Assembly: GCA_037443185.1 (NCBI GenBank)
Contig: JBBIOV010000004.1
Location: forward strand, 1 to 60,779
Length of the DNA: 60,779 nucleotides
Source of the DNA: a bacterium
GTDB lineage: Bacteria > Patescibacteriota > Minisyncoccia > 2-01-FULL-47-10 > JBBIMT01
Reading direction: 5' to 3'
Made by a program: the position numbers and the translations under genes. Shown here piece after piece: positions 27,287-37,884 of this stretch. Within the stretch, counting starts at the first letter, position 1, and each line of letters starts with the position of its first letter. The notes beneath the pieces are model-generated. The model was not told the DNA's origin. It was given only the letters and a program-made list of their open reading frames with translations, and made no database searches.

Positions 27287-30277
27287 TTAGAATCCTAGAA
27301 CTGTTCTAATCTCATCAAAAGAGGTAATGCCTTCTTTTACCCTCATTAATCCATCTTGTATAAGGGAACAAAAATTTTTTTGTTTCAAGTAATCTTTCAT
27401 TTGGGCTTCTGAAGCGCCTTGAGCTACTAAATTTTTTAACTGGCTATCAAAAAAGATAAACTCATAAAGGCCAATTCTTCCTAAAAATCCGGTAAATTGG
27501 CAATTAGCACAGCCTTTGGGATAATATAACACTGCCTCTTTATCAATAGCAATCTCATATTTTTTAAACAAATTGAGCTGTTCTACAGTAATCTTTTTTT
27601 CTTCTTTACATTTTGGACAAAGTCTCCGCACCAATCTTTGCGCCATTGCCATATTAATGGTAGCAGATATATCTTCTCTTGAAATGCCTAAATTTGCAAG
27701 TCTAAAAACTGTTCCAAGTGAATCATTAGTATGAACGGTTGACAAAACAAGATGTCCAGTTAAAGCAGCTTGGATAGCAGTTTGCGCTGTATCATAATCA
27801 CGAATCTCTCCGATCATCATAATATCCGGATCTTGTCTTAAAAGAGATTTTAAAGCGGTTTCAAAAGTATAACCACGTTCAGGGTCAATTTGTGTTTGAA
27901 TAATACCTTTAAGCTTATACTCAATTGGATTTTCAACAGTGATAATTTTTGTTGTAGATGAGTCAAGTCGGGCAAGCATAGCATAAAGTGTTGTAGTTTT
28001 ACCAGCGCCTGTCGGCCCGGTAGTCAAAATCATTCCTGTTGATTTTCTTAATTCATCGTAAATTAAAGGCAAAACTTCTTGCCTTATCCCCAATTCTTCA
28101 AGCTTGATAATTCCGATATCAGATCTTAAAAGCCTCATAACAACTGTTTCTCCGAATCCTCCAGGAATAATTGAAATACGTAAATCAAAAGATTTTTCTC
28201 CGGCAATAGTTGAAAATCTACCTTCTTGAATTTCTTGATAGACGCCTATTTTCATTCCTGATAATTGTTTGATTTGGGCTACAAGTGGTAAATAAAGTTT
28301 CTTTGGCAGTTCAGCAATCTGATGCAAAACTCCATCGATACGATAACGAATGATAAAAGTATCTTTTTGTGGCTCAAGATGTATATCAGATGCTCTCATC
28401 AAAAATGCTGAAGCAACAGACCATTGAATCATTTCTTCTAAAGAAGATTTCGCAAATTGCAAAGATAAAACTTCCGGATTTAATTTTTCAGGTGTCAAAT
28501 AATCTAAAATTTCAGAGTTAATTTTTAAACTGTTTGATAGAAGCGCTACAACCGCTTGGCCATAGAGTTGTTCAATAAATCTAGCATCTCCAGCCACTCT
28601 TTGCACTTCCTCTAAAGAAGTTTCTCCTTCTAAAACTTTCAATAGTCCGTGCTGAAGCATTGTAATCATTCCTTGCTCAATAGCAGTTTTTCTTAATTCA
28701 TAACTTGTCGCATCCTCCAAAATTAATTTTTCAATAACATCATCTATAGCAAACATCTCAAAAATACCAGTTCTTCCTTTATAACCAGTACCAAAACATT
28801 TTTCGCAACCTTTTGGTTTATAAACATTGCCAATCTCAGAAGGCGGCGTTATTTTTGACTTTGGCGAAATTAAGGAAAGAGCTTGGTTAATAGCTTCTTT
28901 CATCTCTGGTGATAAAACATATTGCTCTTTGCAATAGGGGCACAATTTTCTTACAAGTCTTTGAGCAATAACCAAAGATAAAGCTGGAGGAATTAAAGTC
29001 TTTTCCACCATTAGATTTCTAAGTCGTGGCACAGCTCCGGCAGCATCATTTGTATGTAAAGTCGAAAAAACTAAATGTCCCGTTAAAGCGGCATTTATTG
29101 CCATATTTGCGGCATCAGGGGATCTAATTTCTCCGACCATAATGACATCCGGATCTTGTCTAACTATAGCCGTAAGTCCCTTTTCAAAAGTATAACCTTC
29201 TTCGTTATTAACTTGAGTTTGCGATACTCCTTCCATCTGATATTCTATCGGATCTTCTATAGTAATAATTTTGATTTCTGGATTTTTGATAAATTCTATA
29301 CAAGCATATAAAGTAGTAGTCTTACCTGATCCCGTCGGTCCAGTAGTTAAAATCATTCCGTTAGGTTTTGAGATTTCTTTTTCAAGTAAAGCTACTTGAG
29401 TCGGATGCATTCCCATTAGCTTTAAATCATATTTAGGCACTGAAACCCCAAGTAGCCTCATTACTACTGCCTCTCCTAAAGCGCCAGGCAAAATTGAAAC
29501 ACGAACATTGATATCCTTTTTTTCTTTGTCTGATTTTTCAATTCTTAAAGTAAATCGCCCGTCTTGATTTATATTTTGAATATTTAGTTTTAAATTAGAT
29601 AATATCTTAATTCTAGAAATTATATAATGATGATGTTCCAAAGGAAAACGTACAACATCTTGCAACACTCCGTCAACACGAAATCTTACAGTCACTCCTT
29701 GTTCATATGGTTCAATATGGATATCAGTACATTCAGAAACAACAGCACCAATAAACATTTTTGTTAAAAAATCATTTACATTTTTGGATTCCTCTTTTAA
29801 CTGTTCTTCGAGCGTTTTTATCGTATCGATCAAACCACTTTGCTCCTGCCAAGCTTTATAATCAATCAAAAAAATTCCCTCGACCGTATAAAGTGGAGGA
29901 TGGTAAAGCTCATATAATCGCCAAGCTTTCTTTAAAGATGAGATTGAAGCCAACAAAAGAGTATAAGTTTTCTTTTGGCTTTGGAGTTCATCTAAAAAAA
30001 GTTTTAGTTCTGGATTATCTGGATCAAAAGCTGCAATAAAAAACTTATCTCCTAATCGCTGGAGAATCGCCATTAATCCTTTGCGAGCGCGCGCAAGCGG
30101 CAAGTAAACAAGACTATCAATATCGATTGGCGCAACATCAAGATTAATATAAGGAAGATTAAGTGCTTGAGCTCTGGCTTTAGTAATTTTTTCTTCTTCT
30201 AAGCGACCGATGCCGCTTAAATATTCTATCCTTTTTTCTTCTAAAACTAAATCGCTTTGACCAAGCTGAATAGACAT
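27287..30277 (-). CDS. pilB: PilB/GspE-family secretion ATPase with two tandem ATPase modules
   Basis: Two copies of DIH.EP...R.R.DG.L, GPTG[S/A]GKTTT, RQDPD..M.GEIR, TGHLV.ST.HTND and the tetracysteine motif. Confidence 0.92.
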   Translation of the reverse strand: MSIQLGQSDLVLEEKRIEYLSGIGRLEEEKITKARAQALNLPYINLDVAPIDIDSLVYLPLARARKGLMAILQRLGDKFFIAAFDPDNPELKLFLDELQSQKKTYTLLLASISSLKKAWRLYELYHPPLYTVEGIFLIDYKAWQEQSGLIDTIKTLEEQLKEESKNVNDFLTKMFIGAVVSECTDIHIEPYEQGVTVRFRVDGVLQDVVRFPLEHHHYIISRIKILSNLKLNIQNINQDGRFTLRIEKSDKEKKDINVRVSILPGALGEAVVMRLLGVSVPKYDLKLMGMHPTQVALLEKEISKPNGMILTTGPTGSGKTTTLYACIEFIKNPEIKIITIEDPIEYQMEGVSQTQVNNEEGYTFEKGLTAIVRQDPDVIMVGEIRSPDAANMAINAALTGHLVFSTLHTNDAAGAVPRLRNLMVEKTLIPPALSLVIAQRLVRKLCPYCKEQYVLSPEMKEAINQALSLISPKSKITPPSEIGNVYKPKGCEKCFGTGYKGRTGIFEMFAIDDVIEKLILEDATSYELRKTAIEQGMITMLQHGLLKVLEGETSLEEVQRVAGDARFIEQLYGQAVVALLSNSLKINSEILDYLTPEKLNPEVLSLQFAKSSLEEMIQWSVASAFLMRASDIHLEPQKDTFIIRYRIDGVLHQIAELPKKLYLPLVAQIKQLSGMKIGVYQEIQEGRFSTIAGEKSFDLRISIIPGGFGETVVMRLLRSDIGIIKLEELGIRQEVLPLIYDELRKSTGMILTTGPTGAGKTTTLYAMLARLDSSTTKIITVENPIEYKLKGIIQTQIDPERGYTFETALKSLLRQDPDIMMIGEIRDYDTAQTAIQAALTGHLVLSTVHTNDSLGTVFRLANLGISREDISATINMAMAQRLVRRLCPKCKEEKKITVEQLNLFKKYEIAIDKEAVLYYPKGCANCQFTGFLGRIGLYEFIFFDSQLKNLVAQGASEAQMKDYLKQKNFCSLIQDGLMRVKEGITSFDEIRTVLGF

Positions 30278-30445
30278 ACTTTTATTTTACATTTTAAATA
30301 AATAGAAGCAAGATTTTATACTCAATAGATAATTAAATAACACTTTGAAAGAATTATAAAATGATATGTTTTGCATTGAGCTTGACCTTGTAAATCCAAA
30401 AATTTATTTAAATTTAGTTAATTATTTTTTAATTTTATTAAAAGA

Positions 30446-31783
30446 TTATGGAATGGGGAATTGAAGACAAAATTTTTTTATTTCTTTTTTTATTTGTTTA
30501 AGTTTTTTGTTTTGAGATATAACTTTTTTAAAATTTTTAAGATATAAATGAATTTTATTTTTATCAGCGGGAAGGCGGAATGCGTTTATCTCGTTTAACA
30601 CCTGATTTATCCAGAAGGCAATCTTTTTCATTTCTTTTTCTTTCATACCTCTAGTGGTAAGAGCCGGCGTTCCAAGCCTAATTCCGCTTGGATAAAAAGG
30701 AGAAAATTTTTCACCTGGAATGGTATTTTTATTAACTGTAATACCGGCAATATCTAACGCTTCTTGAGCCAACACTCCAGCGCCTGAACCTAACGAATCA
30801 GTTAAGTCCATTAGAATTAAATGATTTTGAGTGCCATTACCGATTAATTTATATTTAAATTTTTTAAGTTCTTCCGCTAATACTTTGGCGTTTTTAACAA
30901 TTTGCGCTGCGTACTTTTTAAAAGAAATACTTGAGGCTTCTTTTAAAGCAACCGCAATGGCGGCAGTCTGATGATTATGCGGCCCACCACCAAGCCCTGG
31001 AAAAACCGCTGAATCAATCTTGCGTGGCAAATCAGGGTCTTTTTTTAATCCCTTTTTTGTAATCATTATAATAGCACCACGGGGTCCACGCAAAGTTTTA
31101 TGAGTAGTCGTTGTAATAATATGAACATAAGGTACAGGAGATGGATGGACGCCACCGACAATCAAACCAGCAATATGAGCGATATCTGCCACTAAATAAG
31201 CTCCAACTTCATCTGCAATGCAAGCAAATTTTTCATAATGAAATTTTAAAGGATAAGCCGTTGCTCCCACCCAAAATAATTTCGGTCTATATTGAAAAGC
31301 CATTTTTCTTATCTCTTGATAATCAAAAAGATCGTCATCTGTCAATATATCTTTGATGCTATATTGAACAGTTTTATAAAAAATTCCAGTAGCGGAAACT
31401 TTAAAACCATGAGTTAGGTGACCTCCAGCAAAAAGATGTTGTCCCATTACTATATCTTTAGGCTTACAAGTTGCCAAATAAACTGCCAGATTTGCTGGAG
31501 AACCACTATAGGGTTGCACATTCGCATAAGGCACTTTAAATAATTTTTTTGCTCTTTCTTGAGCTAAAGTTTCAATTTCATCTATAATATTGTTGCCGCC
31601 ATAATATCTCTTTTTGGGATATCCTTCAGAATATTTATTAGTCAAAATAGAGCCCATCGCCTGACGAACAGCCAAAGAAGTAAAATTTTCCGAAGGAATC
31701 ATTTCTAAGACTTCACTTTGTCGTTTCTTTTCTTTTTGAATTAAATAAAATATTTTCTTATCTATCTTTTTTAGTTGATTCAT
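30446..31783 (-). CDS. glyA: Serine hydroxymethyltransferase
   Basis: MIPSENF, NKYSEGYP.KRYYGG, ANVQPYSGSPAN, TTTTHKTLRGPRG, SGIRLGTPA.TTRG. Confidence 0.98.
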   Translation of the reverse strand: MNQLKKIDKKIFYLIQKEKKRQSEVLEMIPSENFTSLAVRQAMGSILTNKYSEGYPKKRYYGGNNIIDEIETLAQERAKKLFKVPYANVQPYSGSPANLAVYLATCKPKDIVMGQHLFAGGHLTHGFKVSATGIFYKTVQYSIKDILTDDDLFDYQEIRKMAFQYRPKLFWVGATAYPLKFHYEKFACIADEVGAYLVADIAHIAGLIVGGVHPSPVPYVHIITTTTHKTLRGPRGAIIMITKKGLKKDPDLPRKIDSAVFPGLGGGPHNHQTAAIAVALKEASSISFKKYAAQIVKNAKVLAEELKKFKYKLIGNGTQNHLILMDLTDSLGSGAGVLAQEALDIAGITVNKNTIPGEKFSPFYPSGIRLGTPALTTRGMKEKEMKKIAFWINQVLNEINAFRLPADKNKIHLYLKNFKKVISQNKKLKQIKKEIKKFCLQFPIP

Positions 31784-31865
31784 ATAATAAAAATATTCTT
31801 TAAAAAAATTTCATACACTTTATTTAAAAAAAAATTTAATTTCAAAATAAAAAATATTTAGTAAG

Positions 31866-32618
31866 TTAATTTTTTGTTTTTCTTTTTATAAAAATTTCAT
31901 TTCGTCTAATAAATGATAAAAGTAAACTTTTAAGTCCAGGCACTGATAACTGTGTTCTATAATTTAACATTGCTTCATGTTTTTTTTCAAGCTCTTCAGG
32001 AGAAAGGATAAAACTAACCCATTTATTATTTTTAAAAAGCTTGGGAGGAGGAATTAAAAAATCATTAGGACGAAAACGGTAAGGTTTAGGGAAAGCAACA
32101 TAATGAATTAAATAACTTAAAAACAAAGTTTCTTTCATTTGAAGTTGTAATAATAATTGACCTAAAGTTTTATGGTCTCTATCTAAATCCAGTTCAGAAG
32201 GATAAATAATCGTATTAGGTTTTATCTCCTGCGCAAATTTTCTAAGTGCTCTGAAAATTTTAACTCTGTTTGAGGTGTTTTTACTGTATCTATCTGGGAA
32301 ATTTAAAAAAATAATGTTATCGGTTTTTACTTTTAAAGCTTTGCAAGCTTGGAAAAATTCTTTTAAACGGTCATCTTTAGGCCCCCATTTTTCGCCTCCA
32401 CTGATTAAGATGATAAAAATATCGCAGCCCTGTCGAGCTGCTTTAAATAAAAAACCACCGGCGGCGATTGTTTCATCATCAGGATGGGGACCAATAAATA
32501 AAATTTTTTTATCTTGAGGCGCTTTTAAAATTTGAAAGTTGTTAATAATTTTTGAGACATTTTTTTGTCCTTTGAGATTAAAAAAATTAAAAAATTTTCT
32601 TATTTTCCAAGGCAACAT
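31866..32618 (-). CDS. PIG-L/LmbE-family deacetylase
   Basis: IGPHPDDETIAAGG, R..E...AC..L, L.FPD and D..H motifs. Confidence 0.85.
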   Translation of the reverse strand: MLPWKIRKFFNFFNLKGQKNVSKIINNFQILKAPQDKKILFIGPHPDDETIAAGGFLFKAARQGCDIFIILISGGEKWGPKDDRLKEFFQACKALKVKTDNIIFLNFPDRYSKNTSNRVKIFRALRKFAQEIKPNTIIYPSELDLDRDHKTLGQLLLQLQMKETLFLSYLIHYVAFPKPYRFRPNDFLIPPPKLFKNNKWVSFILSPEELEKKHEAMLNYRTQLSVPGLKSLLLSFIRRNEIFIKRKTKN

Positions 32619-33048
32619 CTATTGAAAATTATAGGGTTTTACCTGTTTTTTATGACAAAAAATTAAGCTTAAAATAATCTTCGTTTTTAAAAATTCTTTA
32701 ACTCTATGAGTCTAATATAGTAATATTTTCTTTGGCGACATTACGGTTGCCTCTGAAATTAAAAACAATGGACATTGAATATTTTATTTTAATGTTTTTA
32801 AAATACAAGTAAATCTCAAATAAATGGTAGATACAAATCTTTAAAACTGCTTGAAATTAAAGAAAAAGTTTAGATTGTTCAAAAAATGATTTTATTTTCA
32901 ATCTGAATAAACAGAAAATCATTTTGATACGCAAAATTAAATCCCCTAAACTAAATAAATTTAAACGATTAACCGCCGGTAAAATAGGCTTCGTGTTTTT
33001 AAAGGAGCTCATTTTAAATAGTTTAACGATGCTGATCTTTCTTTTTTC

Positions 33049-34074
33049 TTAAATAATAACTGAACAAAAGACCAGTATACCTAAAATTATAAGCAAGTCG
33101 CCTAAAGTTTTATTTCGCGGCTTAAATGCGTCACCATTTTTTTGTAGTTCTTTTTTGTCTCCATTTGCTGATGGAATTGTGTCGCTTTTTTTAATTTTAA
33201 TTCCGTTTGATATTTTTGCATCCTTAGAAGGCTGAATAACTGATCTAGAAGTCTCAGCTTGGGAGATAGGACTCACAATTACTTGACCTTTATCAGAAGT
33301 AATAAAACACCACTCAGGAGAGATAAAAATACTGCCAGAAGAGGTTAAGGCGCCAATTCGATAAAAATATTCCGTATTTGGTTTTAATCCTTGAATATTT
33401 TTTAGATGATCTTGAGTAAAAACACTCCAATTAGTTCCCCAGGAATAACCAAAATGAACTAATTTATCGCTAGCGGTTGGATGGGATAAAATATCATAAA
33501 CTATTTTACTTTTTGCCTAATTTTTTGTCTTCCAAACGAAAGAAGCGGCATTATCTTTAACTGCTATAGTCGGCTCGCCTGTTGGTAAAAAATCTCCGGC
33601 ATTTTCTTGTAAAAATCCACCTCCGATACCTAAAAAAGAAATTGGCACTGAACCGCCACCTGTTAATTGTTGCTGTGGCACTCCATTTGAAGTAGAAGGG
33701 ATTGGTTGAGCATTATATGACAATATAGCAATATCCAAAGCACAGGATGAGTAGTTTTTAGATAAATCAACATTAATAGGAATTGATACTAAAACTTGCC
33801 ATAGATCTTGCGTATCTGATGGTTTTAATAAAGTTGCGGAATTTAAATTATCGCCTTCGCTTTCTTTATTTTGTACTGAAATAAAATCGCATAGCAATGG
33901 ACTCTGACCAACCACTAAAGAAATCTTGTAACTTACTTGATTTATGTTTTGTTCAAGGGATAATAAAAGATCTTGCGATAAATTTTCTCCGGGAAAAATA
34001 TTACCAAAAGTTATGGAAGAGGGATTGGTAATTAAAATAATTTGCGCATGAACTGGAAATTGTTTTATATTCAA
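33049..34074 (-). pseudogene. Surface protein (FN3/purple-acid-phosphatase-N-like domain, C-terminal TM) split by an in-frame TAG
   Basis: ORFs 33517-34074 and 33049-33276 are in the same frame, and reading continues after TAG 33517-33519 (VWKTKN*AKSKIVYD...GLKPNTEYFYRI). Confidence 0.7.
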
Positions 34075-34870
34075 TAAACTTATAATAAAAAAAGCCGCAA
34101 ACCAAACAACCCTCTTAATAAAATTGTTTTATTGCGACTTTTACATTTATTTTTCATTTAGACAAAGGGGTTAACTGAAAGTTAACAATAAAGAAGACGG
34201 GGTAAATTTCAAATTCGTCGGAGACAATTTAATTTGGTTTAAGTTTGGTTTAAGTATTGAGTTGTGGTTGCTGGCAAATTATTGGTGATCTGGTTGAAGC
34301 CTTGGGTTGAAATAGAGGATAAATTGTCACCAACATTTCCAATTCTGATGGGGAAGAATTAAATTGAGCACCTGAAAAATCTTTTGAACAATAAATTAAA
34401 TCTATTCTACCTGGCGATTTAATACCGTCAGCTTTGATTTGTTCATAAATAGTAAGTTTTTGGGGTGTTTTAAGGGATATGCTACCGCCGTTTCCATTTA
34501 AACCAATAGCGCTAACAATAGCACCACTTGAAATGAAAATATCATCATTTGAAGTTGTTTAGAATCGAGTTCGGAATATACTTTGTCTATTTTGGAGTCT
34601 AGTTCGCAATAAAAACGATTTATTCTTTCTTCCAATATAGAATGTCCTTAAGCAATTATACTAAATTTCTCATTAATATCTTCGATCAAAACGCCAAAAT
34701 ATCGTTTGATATCGCTGTTATTATAAGCAGCTTGAAGCTTTTTTGATCTTTTTGAAGTTTTTTTGATCTTTTATTAAATTTTTTATTTTTTTGATTTAGG
34801 CATTAAAATTTACGAACTTTTCTAAGTTTTTACTTAGTAACTTTTTACTCTATTGTTTAGCAAGATAATT

Positions 34871-37444
34871 TTAAAAGTCAATCTTTATTTCTTCCATTTG
34901 TCCCCAACTTATCCCCATTTTCACATCAACTTTTAAAGGAACATCTAAAGGAAAAATATTTTCCATAATATTTTTAATTTTGGGCGCTATTTCTTTTAAA
35001 TATTCTTCCTTAATCTCAAAAAGCAATTCATCATGAATTTGTAAAATTAAATATCCCGTACCTTCCGGATAATCTTTTAATAAAGCATTTAATTTTATCA
35101 TTGCCAATTTCATCAAATCAGCCACAGTACCTTGAAGTGGCGCATTAATTGCCTCTCTTTCAGCTTGAAGACGAGCGCGAAAACCTCCACTTTTTAAAGC
35201 TGGTAAAAATCTTTTTCGGCCAAATAAAGTTTCCACATATCCTTTTTTAAGCGCTTCTTTCTTAGCTTTATCAATATAATCTTTAACTTTGGGGAATTGA
35301 GCGAAATAATTTTTTATAAAAGCTTTAGCCTGCTCTCTTGTCATTTGAGTAGCTTGAGAGAGTCCAAAAGCCGAAAGTCCATACAAAATCCCGAAATTTA
35401 AGATTTTTGCAAGACGACGCTCAGCCGGAGAAACTTCTTCCTCTTTAATATAATGCAATTTTGCCGCAGTTATAGTATGAATGTCTTTATTTTGACGAAA
35501 AGCTTTAATCAAATGTTCATCTTTTGAAAAATGAGCCATAATTCTTAACTCTATTTGAGAGAAATCGAAAGAAAGAAATTGATATCCCCTTTCAGCTTCA
35601 AAAGCGCCACGAATTTTCATTCCCCATTGTGTTCTTATTGGAATATTTTGTAAATTTGGCTCTAAAGAAGAGAAACGTCCCGTAGCGGTACCGGCCTGAT
35701 CAAAATTAGTATGAATACGGCCGTCGGCAGCGATATAATTAGGCAAAACATCGGTATAAGTATTTTTTAATTTAGAAAGTTCTCGATAGTTTAATATTTT
35801 TTCAATAATAGGATGAACATTTAAAAGTTTTTTAAGTTCAGTTTCATCCGTGGAGATAGCGCCCTTTGGCGTTTTCATTATATTTTCAGTTGGCAGCTTT
35901 AATTTTTCAAACAATATCGGCACAAGTTGTTTAGGGGAATTTATGTTAAATTTAACTTGGGCAATTTCATAAATTTCTTCTTCTAATCTGGCTAATTCTT
36001 CCTGAAGTTCATTTGATAATTGAATCAATTTCTCTTTGTTGATTTTTATGCCTTGTCTTTCCATAGACGATAATACCAAAACTATGGGCATTTCAATGTT
36101 ATTAAAAATTTTATAAAGATTGTTTTTTTGTAGTTCGTTTTTTAATATTTCTTTTAAACGAAAAGCGGCATAAATTTTTTCGCTTAAAGTTAACTTTTCT
36201 TTGATTAATGGAAAAATTTGATAAAACTGACAAATTTTTTCAAAAGATAAATTTTTACTATCAGGATTTAAAAGCCAAGCACTAATTTTTAAATCAAAAA
36301 GAGGGCAAGATAATTTAGAAAATAATTTTTCTTTTTTAAAAATTTCTTTAAGATTATACCCAATTAATAATTTATCTTTACAATTATCAACAAATTTATC
36401 CACAGTCAAAATATAAGCTTGTCGTAGAGTTGCTAAAACTAAACTATTTTTATCCACAAAATCATCTATAAAAAACTCTATAGTTTTTTCAATTTCTTTG
36501 TAATTTTTTAATACTTTTGAAGGAATCGAAAAGGTTTTAGAAGTCATCTCTTTTGGTTTGAAATTTAATAAAACTGCAAATGGTAATCTTGGAATCAAAC
36601 TTTTAAAACCAAACTTTAAAAGTGTATTAGCCACCTTATTTTCATCATAGCCACCGAAAGTAAAATCGGAAATTTTATACTCAATAGGAATATCTTTATA
36701 AATTGTAGACAATTCTCGAGAAAAAAAAGCTTCTTCTTTCTGGTCTTTTAGAATTTTACGAATTTTGTCGTTTATTTTACTGGAATTTAAATTTTGATAT
36801 ATTCCTTCAAGATTACTAAATTCCTGAATGAGTTTAGAAGCTGTTTTTTGGCCTATACCTTTAACACCAGGAATATTATCAGAAGGATCTCCAACAAGAC
36901 CTTTATAATCCGGCAATTGCTTTGGTTCTAAATTATATCTTTCTTTTACTTCTTTTAAACCATAAATTACAGTGTCACTAATTCCTTTTTTTAAGGAGTA
37001 AACTTTCACTTTGTCAGAAACCAGCTGCAAAGTATCCAAATCTCCAGTAACAATAATACATTCAATATCATTAAAATTTTTCACTAACCACTGACAAACA
37101 CTTCCTATAATATCATCAGCTTCAAATCCTTCTTTTTCTAAAATTTTTATATTTAAAACATTTAAAATTTCTTTAACCATTGGAATTTGTCTAATTAAAG
37201 CTTCCGGCGTTTTTTCTCTATGAGCTTTATAGTCTTTAAACATCTTGTCCCGAAAAGTAGGTTTTGCCAAATCAAAAGCCGCCGCAATATAATCAGGTTT
37301 TACATCTTTTAACATTTTTAATAAAACAGAGCTAAAACCATAAAGCGCATTTGTTGGACGCCCTTCTTTATCAGACAATGGTGGCAAAGCATGAAAAGAT
37401 CTATGAATTAACGCTAAGGCATCAATTAAAATAAATTTTTTCAT
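34871..37444 (-). CDS. polA: DNA polymerase I
   Basis: 5'-3' exonuclease (LIDA..LIHRSFHALP, GFEADDIIG, GDPSDNIPGV) and polymerase motifs (DFSQIELR, AK..NFG..YG, LQIHDELLFE). Middle domain is divergent. Confidence 0.97.
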   Translation of the reverse strand: MKKFILIDALALIHRSFHALPPLSDKEGRPTNALYGFSSVLLKMLKDVKPDYIAAAFDLAKPTFRDKMFKDYKAHREKTPEALIRQIPMVKEILNVLNIKILEKEGFEADDIIGSVCQWLVKNFNDIECIIVTGDLDTLQLVSDKVKVYSLKKGISDTVIYGLKEVKERYNLEPKQLPDYKGLVGDPSDNIPGVKGIGQKTASKLIQEFSNLEGIYQNLNSSKINDKIRKILKDQKEEAFFSRELSTIYKDIPIEYKISDFTFGGYDENKVANTLLKFGFKSLIPRLPFAVLLNFKPKEMTSKTFSIPSKVLKNYKEIEKTIEFFIDDFVDKNSLVLATLRQAYILTVDKFVDNCKDKLLIGYNLKEIFKKEKLFSKLSCPLFDLKISAWLLNPDSKNLSFEKICQFYQIFPLIKEKLTLSEKIYAAFRLKEILKNELQKNNLYKIFNNIEMPIVLVLSSMERQGIKINKEKLIQLSNELQEELARLEEEIYEIAQVKFNINSPKQLVPILFEKLKLPTENIMKTPKGAISTDETELKKLLNVHPIIEKILNYRELSKLKNTYTDVLPNYIAADGRIHTNFDQAGTATGRFSSLEPNLQNIPIRTQWGMKIRGAFEAERGYQFLSFDFSQIELRIMAHFSKDEHLIKAFRQNKDIHTITAAKLHYIKEEEVSPAERRLAKILNFGILYGLSAFGLSQATQMTREQAKAFIKNYFAQFPKVKDYIDKAKKEALKKGYVETLFGRKRFLPALKSGGFRARLQAEREAINAPLQGTVADLMKLAMIKLNALLKDYPEGTGYLILQIHDELLFEIKEEYLKEIAPKIKNIMENIFPLDVPLKVDVKMGISWGQMEEIKIDF

Positions 37445-37506
37445 AAAAATAATTAGCAATTACTAAAATATCCTTAAAAAATAAAAAAAATCAGCTTAAA
37501 ACGCTT

Positions 37507-37803
37507 TTAGTAGTTTTTAATTAAAATTTTTTTAAGATTAATTTTAAGCTTTTTTTTAAAAATACTCTGAATTTTTGATTCATTGAGGCGAATTTCAGAA
37601 GCAATTAGGGGGTTGAAAGTTTTGATTGTTAAGGCTTTAGTTTTTAAATTAAAATAATATATTTCAAATTTACCACGTAGTTTTTCAGGAAAAAAATCAT
37701 TTAAAATCAAACGCGATAGGCTTATTATTTGGGCAATTTGAAATCCTTTAACAAAAAGAGAAGATTTAGATTTTTTACGAATAATAGTTTTAATAGAGCG
37801 CAC
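37507..37803 (-). CDS. dciA: DciA/DUF721-like helicase-loading protein
   Basis: 98 aa with 'LTIKT.NPLIASEIRL....I' resembling the DciA KH-like fold. Directly downstream of dnaN. Confidence 0.55.
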   Translation of the reverse strand: MRSIKTIIRKKSKSSLFVKGFQIAQIISLSRLILNDFFPEKLRGKFEIYYFNLKTKALTIKTFNPLIASEIRLNESKIQSIFKKKLKINLKKILIKNY

Positions 37804-37884
37804 AGTAAAATTTAATTTTTAAAGTGTTTAAAGAAAAATTTTAAAAATATTTAACACAATCTAGAATGAGTAAATCTTAATTTT

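Noticed and set aside
33517-33519. Genome-wide stop-codon reassignment (TAG or TGA)
   Set aside because: The sugar transferase and yidC end in TAG and dnaN ends in TGA at their expected C-termini, so code 11 holds.
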